Positions 60,859 through 64,000 of a stretch of DNA of 64,000 nt are shown here, piece by piece (within the stretch, counting starts at the first letter, position 1; each line of letters opens with the position of its first letter). This DNA is from Candidatus Babeliales bacterium. Its GTDB lineage: Bacteria > Babelota > Babeliae > Babelales > JBFXEV01. The stretch lies in assembly GCA_050179755.1 (NCBI GenBank), contig JBFXEV010000001.1, forward strand, positions 169,994 to 233,993, read 5' to 3'. The notes beneath the pieces were generated by a model. The model was not told where the DNA came from. It made no database searches and saw only the letters and a program-made list of their open reading frames with translations. Position numbers and translations under genes: made by a program.

Positions 60859-61438
60859 AATTATAGAAAGTTCACTCACGCAATGGGTTGCCCAAAGTTG
60901 GCAATGGAATACGTTCCCCTCATTTGGCGCGCTTGTGACGCTTGCAAATGAGCATATAACCCACGTGGCATTGGTTACTGGTATACAAACAGGATCTTCT
61001 GATCCTTCTCGCACGCCAATCCCCTATCAAAAAACAGAAGATGAGCTGCATGCGGAGCAACCGCAGATTTTTGCATTTTTAAAAACTACGTTCACGTGCG
61101 TGCCGCTTGGCTATTTTGATAAGGGCCGCTTGCGCTATCAATTGCCACCGCAACCACCCAAAATTCATAGCTTTGTGCAAACGGCAGACCTTGCCACTAG
61201 CCGTCAATTCTTTGCCCATACTCAGTATTTGCATGTTCTTTTTGGTATGAGTAATCAAATTGTTTACATGGATGAGCTACTTTTGGCAATCTTAGAACAG
61301 CAGGCGAGCATTGGGGCTCTCACGCAAGAGCGAGTGATAACTATTATTGAAACAATTTCTCTTCTTACAGGCAATGATTACCGCCGCCTTAAATTATTCT
61401 TGCAGCGCGCGCAGCCAATTATACAATCTAAAGAATAA
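60815..61438 (+). CDS. HAS-barrel-like domain protein
   Basis: AEIIES, P.FGALV, DP.R.P, LGY...YQLPPQPPKIHSFV, DYRRL pattern. Confidence 0.65.
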   Translation: MATLTTLNTNKPFAEIIESSLTQWVAQSWQWNTFPSFGALVTLANEHITHVALVTGIQTGSSDPSRTPIPYQKTEDELHAEQPQIFAFLKTTFTCVPLGYFDKGRLRYQLPPQPPKIHSFVQTADLATSRQFFAHTQYLHVLFGMSNQIVYMDELLLAILEQQASIGALTQERVITIIETISLLTGNDYRRLKLFLQRAQPIIQSKE

Positions 61439-61502
61439 AAAATGCCCGATCGTCCCGATCGAATCGGCGATAGTAATGAAAATGAGCAGAGGAGTTGAAG
61501 GA

Positions 61503-62264
61503 ATGAATAAACGCATTGACACCATCATAGTAGACTTAACCGGAGTTTTATTTACCATTGATCAGTGGCAGGTATTCAAACTTATGGGCATCAAAAACGT
61601 GCTCTGCTATTTGGTTACCCATTTTAAAAATCCCTTTACAGAAACTCTCAAAATTGCAACTCTTATTGCACAAAGAGAAAAGCAAAGCAACTTGCCACTA
61701 CTGCTTTATAAAACGTATCAAATGCCTTCGTGCCTAACCAAGTCTCACTTAGGCATAATAACAGCGCAAGAAGCGCATAAAGAATTTACACAAAAGCTCC
61801 AACAGCTTGTGCAAGAAGGCCTTATAAAAAGTAAGCTTGAGCAAAGAATGATGCAGCAATTTATTGATGTGATAAGCGATCCAGAAATACGAGCGCATTT
61901 AATAACACCCAATTATGCATTGCTGAATCTTATTTTAGAGTGCAAAACTATTAAGCGGCGCTTTATACTTTCTAACCTTGATATGTCCACGTATGGTGCA
62001 TTACGCACGCACTATCCTGATATGTTTGCCCTATTTGAAGGTTCTATTATTTCTGCGGAAGTTGGCATGGTTAAACCAAATAGTGATATTTATGAATATC
62101 TGCTTACAACATATAACTTACAGCCTGCAAATTGCCTTTTTCTTGATGATCAGCAAGAAAATGTTGAGACTGCTCAAAAGCTTGGGATCACCAGTATTTT
62201 ATATACAAGCACCACGACGCTCAAACAAGAATTGAGACAGCTAATGTTGATTGCCAAAACCTAA
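61503..62264 (+). CDS. HAD-family phosphatase
   Basis: VDLTGVL, LSN, SAEVGMVKP, FLDDQQENV..A..LGI. Confidence 0.88.
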   Translation: MNKRIDTIIVDLTGVLFTIDQWQVFKLMGIKNVLCYLVTHFKNPFTETLKIATLIAQREKQSNLPLLLYKTYQMPSCLTKSHLGIITAQEAHKEFTQKLQQLVQEGLIKSKLEQRMMQQFIDVISDPEIRAHLITPNYALLNLILECKTIKRRFILSNLDMSTYGALRTHYPDMFALFEGSIISAEVGMVKPNSDIYEYLLTTYNLQPANCLFLDDQQENVETAQKLGITSILYTSTTTLKQELRQLMLIAKT

Positions 62265-62279
62265 AAATGAAAGTAAATT

Positions 62280-63056
62280 ATGAAACATATTAAACTTCTC
62301 AGTCTTCTCGGCATTTTCTTACCGCACTTTGCAATACACCCTATGAAACAACAGGGAAAAACCTTTAGTGTTACCCTGCAAACAGTAAACACCAAAAAAT
62401 ACGTTTCACTTTTAAGCGCCCAGAATATCCTTAAAGCCAAGTATCCTAAAATGATTACGCTGTATAAGCCTGAGGAGCTGCACATGACACTGCTCTATTT
62501 TAAAATATCAATACCTGAAGGCCAGTCCGGTGAAAAGCTTGCTACAGAACTTGCAAAGCTCGTTTCTGAATTTCAAGAGCAAATTTCTGCTATTTCTTTT
62601 ACTTTTGACCGCATCTCTCCTATTGTTGGTTCAACTAAGCAATTTATTGCCGCAAAATACCAACCAATTACAGCATTTAAAGATATTCAGAACAATGTAT
62701 TTTATCCACTGGTGCAAAAGATTCAATCAAAGTATCCTTATCTGCAAGTGGAACCGTATAACTTTCAATACCCTGATTTTCATATCAGTTTAGGATACAC
62801 TAGCCCTCATGCCTCAATACCTGATCTTAAAAAGCATACGCTTGACGTACACGTAGCTGATTATCAACTTGCAAAAGCAGGATTGCAAGTGAGCGTGCGA
62901 GATGATTACAATAGTTGGATTAAAGATGTGCCAACTATAAAGACTGCACTTCTAAAGCCACTCGAAAAACCTGAGACAGCCCTATCAGCTAGTAATCTTG
63001 ACGTTACGTTATTTGAATTAAAGGATGCCTTGTTGAAATTAGCAGTGGAGCTATAA
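62280..63056 (+). CDS. Exported 2H phosphoesterase-like protein
   Basis: Two Hx(T/S)x motifs, LHMTL and FHISL; signal peptide. Confidence 0.72.
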   Translation: MKHIKLLSLLGIFLPHFAIHPMKQQGKTFSVTLQTVNTKKYVSLLSAQNILKAKYPKMITLYKPEELHMTLLYFKISIPEGQSGEKLATELAKLVSEFQEQISAISFTFDRISPIVGSTKQFIAAKYQPITAFKDIQNNVFYPLVQKIQSKYPYLQVEPYNFQYPDFHISLGYTSPHASIPDLKKHTLDVHVADYQLAKAGLQVSVRDDYNSWIKDVPTIKTALLKPLEKPETALSASNLDVTLFELKDALLKLAVEL

Positions 63057-63175
63057 AGTTATATCACTACGAATAACCCTACTACGCCAACGTGTTCTAC
63101 GAAGTTAACGAAGTAGAAAGCTTCGAAGAATGTTACTTCTGATAAAGTAGCAAAATGCTGCAAAAGGCACAATTC

Positions 63176-63282
63176 CTCTTGCAACGTATAAATTAAAACC
63201 CGCAGAATGCCTTTTTTTAGATGATCAACAAGAAAATGTTGAAACTGCACAAAAACTTGGGATTACCAATATTTTATACACC
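63176..63282 (+). pseudogene. Degenerate duplicate of the HAD gene 3' end
   Basis: Reads ...TYKLKPAECLFLDDQQENVETAQKLGITNILY, matching about 62100-62205. Confidence 0.8.
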
Positions 63283-63337
63283 ATACCTGAACGCTTAACC
63301 AAAAACTGGCAACCACGAATCTTCTTTGATTAAATAA

Positions 63338-63844
63338 TCAATTATTTTTTGGATATAATCCTTGTTGCTGGCCACATTGACAGATAAGTTGGCGAATCAA
63401 AATAGCGCGTTCCATAAGAGTTGCATATCTATTTTCATCTTCTTTTGTTGCTCTTGGATTTCTTCTATTTTGAATATATGAGTCACTAAATAGTTCTACA
63501 TTTTCTTGCGCGAGATTCATTACAGCTTCAGAATTTAACCCTTGTTTTGCAGCCTTAGCTAAAATCTCGTTTACATACCCGCAGGTAAAAATATATCCCG
63601 TAGTTCTATTATACAGAGTGTAGTTGCGATACATTTCTCGCATTTCTGTTCGAGCATGGGCCTTTATAGAGTCAGTAGCACCAGGTCTATAAGGAGCAAG
63701 GCCATGAATTATTAGATAAGCCCTTTCTACTGTTTGATCTATTCTTTGCTTAACTTCTTCGTTACTTTTTTGCTCCGTGCAAATGGAATCACCTGCCACA
63801 GCAAGAACCGCTATTACTACTACTTTTTTAAAAAACTGATGCAT
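63338..63844 (-). CDS. Exported hypothetical protein
   Basis: Signal-like N-terminus; C-terminal ERA.LI..LICQC.QQ. Confidence 0.7.
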   Translation of the reverse strand: MHQFFKKVVVIAVLAVAGDSICTEQKSNEEVKQRIDQTVERAYLIIHGLAPYRPGATDSIKAHARTEMREMYRNYTLYNRTTGYIFTCGYVNEILAKAAKQGLNSEAVMNLAQENVELFSDSYIQNRRNPRATKEDENRYATLMERAILIRQLICQCGQQQGLYPKNN

Positions 63845-63859
63845 AAAAATCTCTATTTG

Positions 63860-64000
63860 TTATTCTTTATTAACGATTTCTTCTTTATGAAGGCTTCTTT
63901 GTTGCCTACATTCACAAACCAGTTTACCAATCAAACGAGCGCGCTCAGCAAGCTTGAGTTCAAGCGCACTTGCGACTTTATTCAGATATTTTTTAAATCG
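63860..64000 (-). CDS. 3' end of a paralogue of 63338-63844 (runs off the right edge)
   Basis: Manual translation ...LAERARLIGKLVCECRQQRSLHKEEIVNKE*. Confidence 0.7.
   Translation of the reverse strand, partial: RFKKYLNKVASALELKLAERARLIGKLVCECRQQRSLHKEEIVNKE

Noticed and set aside
63065..63130. Short ACGAAG/CTACG-rich quasi-repeats
   Set aside because: No constant repeat or spacer length and no cas genes; not a CRISPR array

Overview
AT-rich bacterial window. Its gene content (Npt-type nucleotide transporter, H+/Na+-pyrophosphatase, many signal-peptide-bearing ankyrin and WD40 proteins, DUF2608-like HAD protein, Cys-rich beta-barrel) suggests an obligate intracellular parasite of protists, most likely Dependentiae/TM6 (Babeliota); this placement is inference. 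Housekeeping genes (nrdA, hppA, truB, murE, ruvX, tsaB, rsmE, gpmI, truA, typA, rpsR, rpsF, rnhB) are interspersed with accessory blocks. The main find is a polymorphic-toxin-like locus at about 38.7-44.3 kb. It holds a 776-aa signal-peptide protein with a C-terminal EndoU-like RNase tip and its ATGA-coupled putative immunity gene. Downstream lie a silent orphan toxin module with a different tip, two further tip remnants absent from the ORF track, and four more immunity paralogues. Three small paralogous secreted proteins bracket the locus. Other notable items: a shared 'signal peptide + Met-(Asp/Glu/Gln)' leader on about 18 putative effectors, a four-gene cassette with a common leader and different payloads (Cys-protease-like, ankyrin, ankyrin+F-box), a recombining WD40 array, a catalytically degenerate IS200 TnpA next to nested REP-like palindromes, a 568-bp MITE-like element, a divergent penicillin-acylase-like Ntn hydrolase, a dNK-VOC fusion and an unlisted 59-aa zinc-ribbon ORF. 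All calls come from motif recognition by eye; no searches were run.
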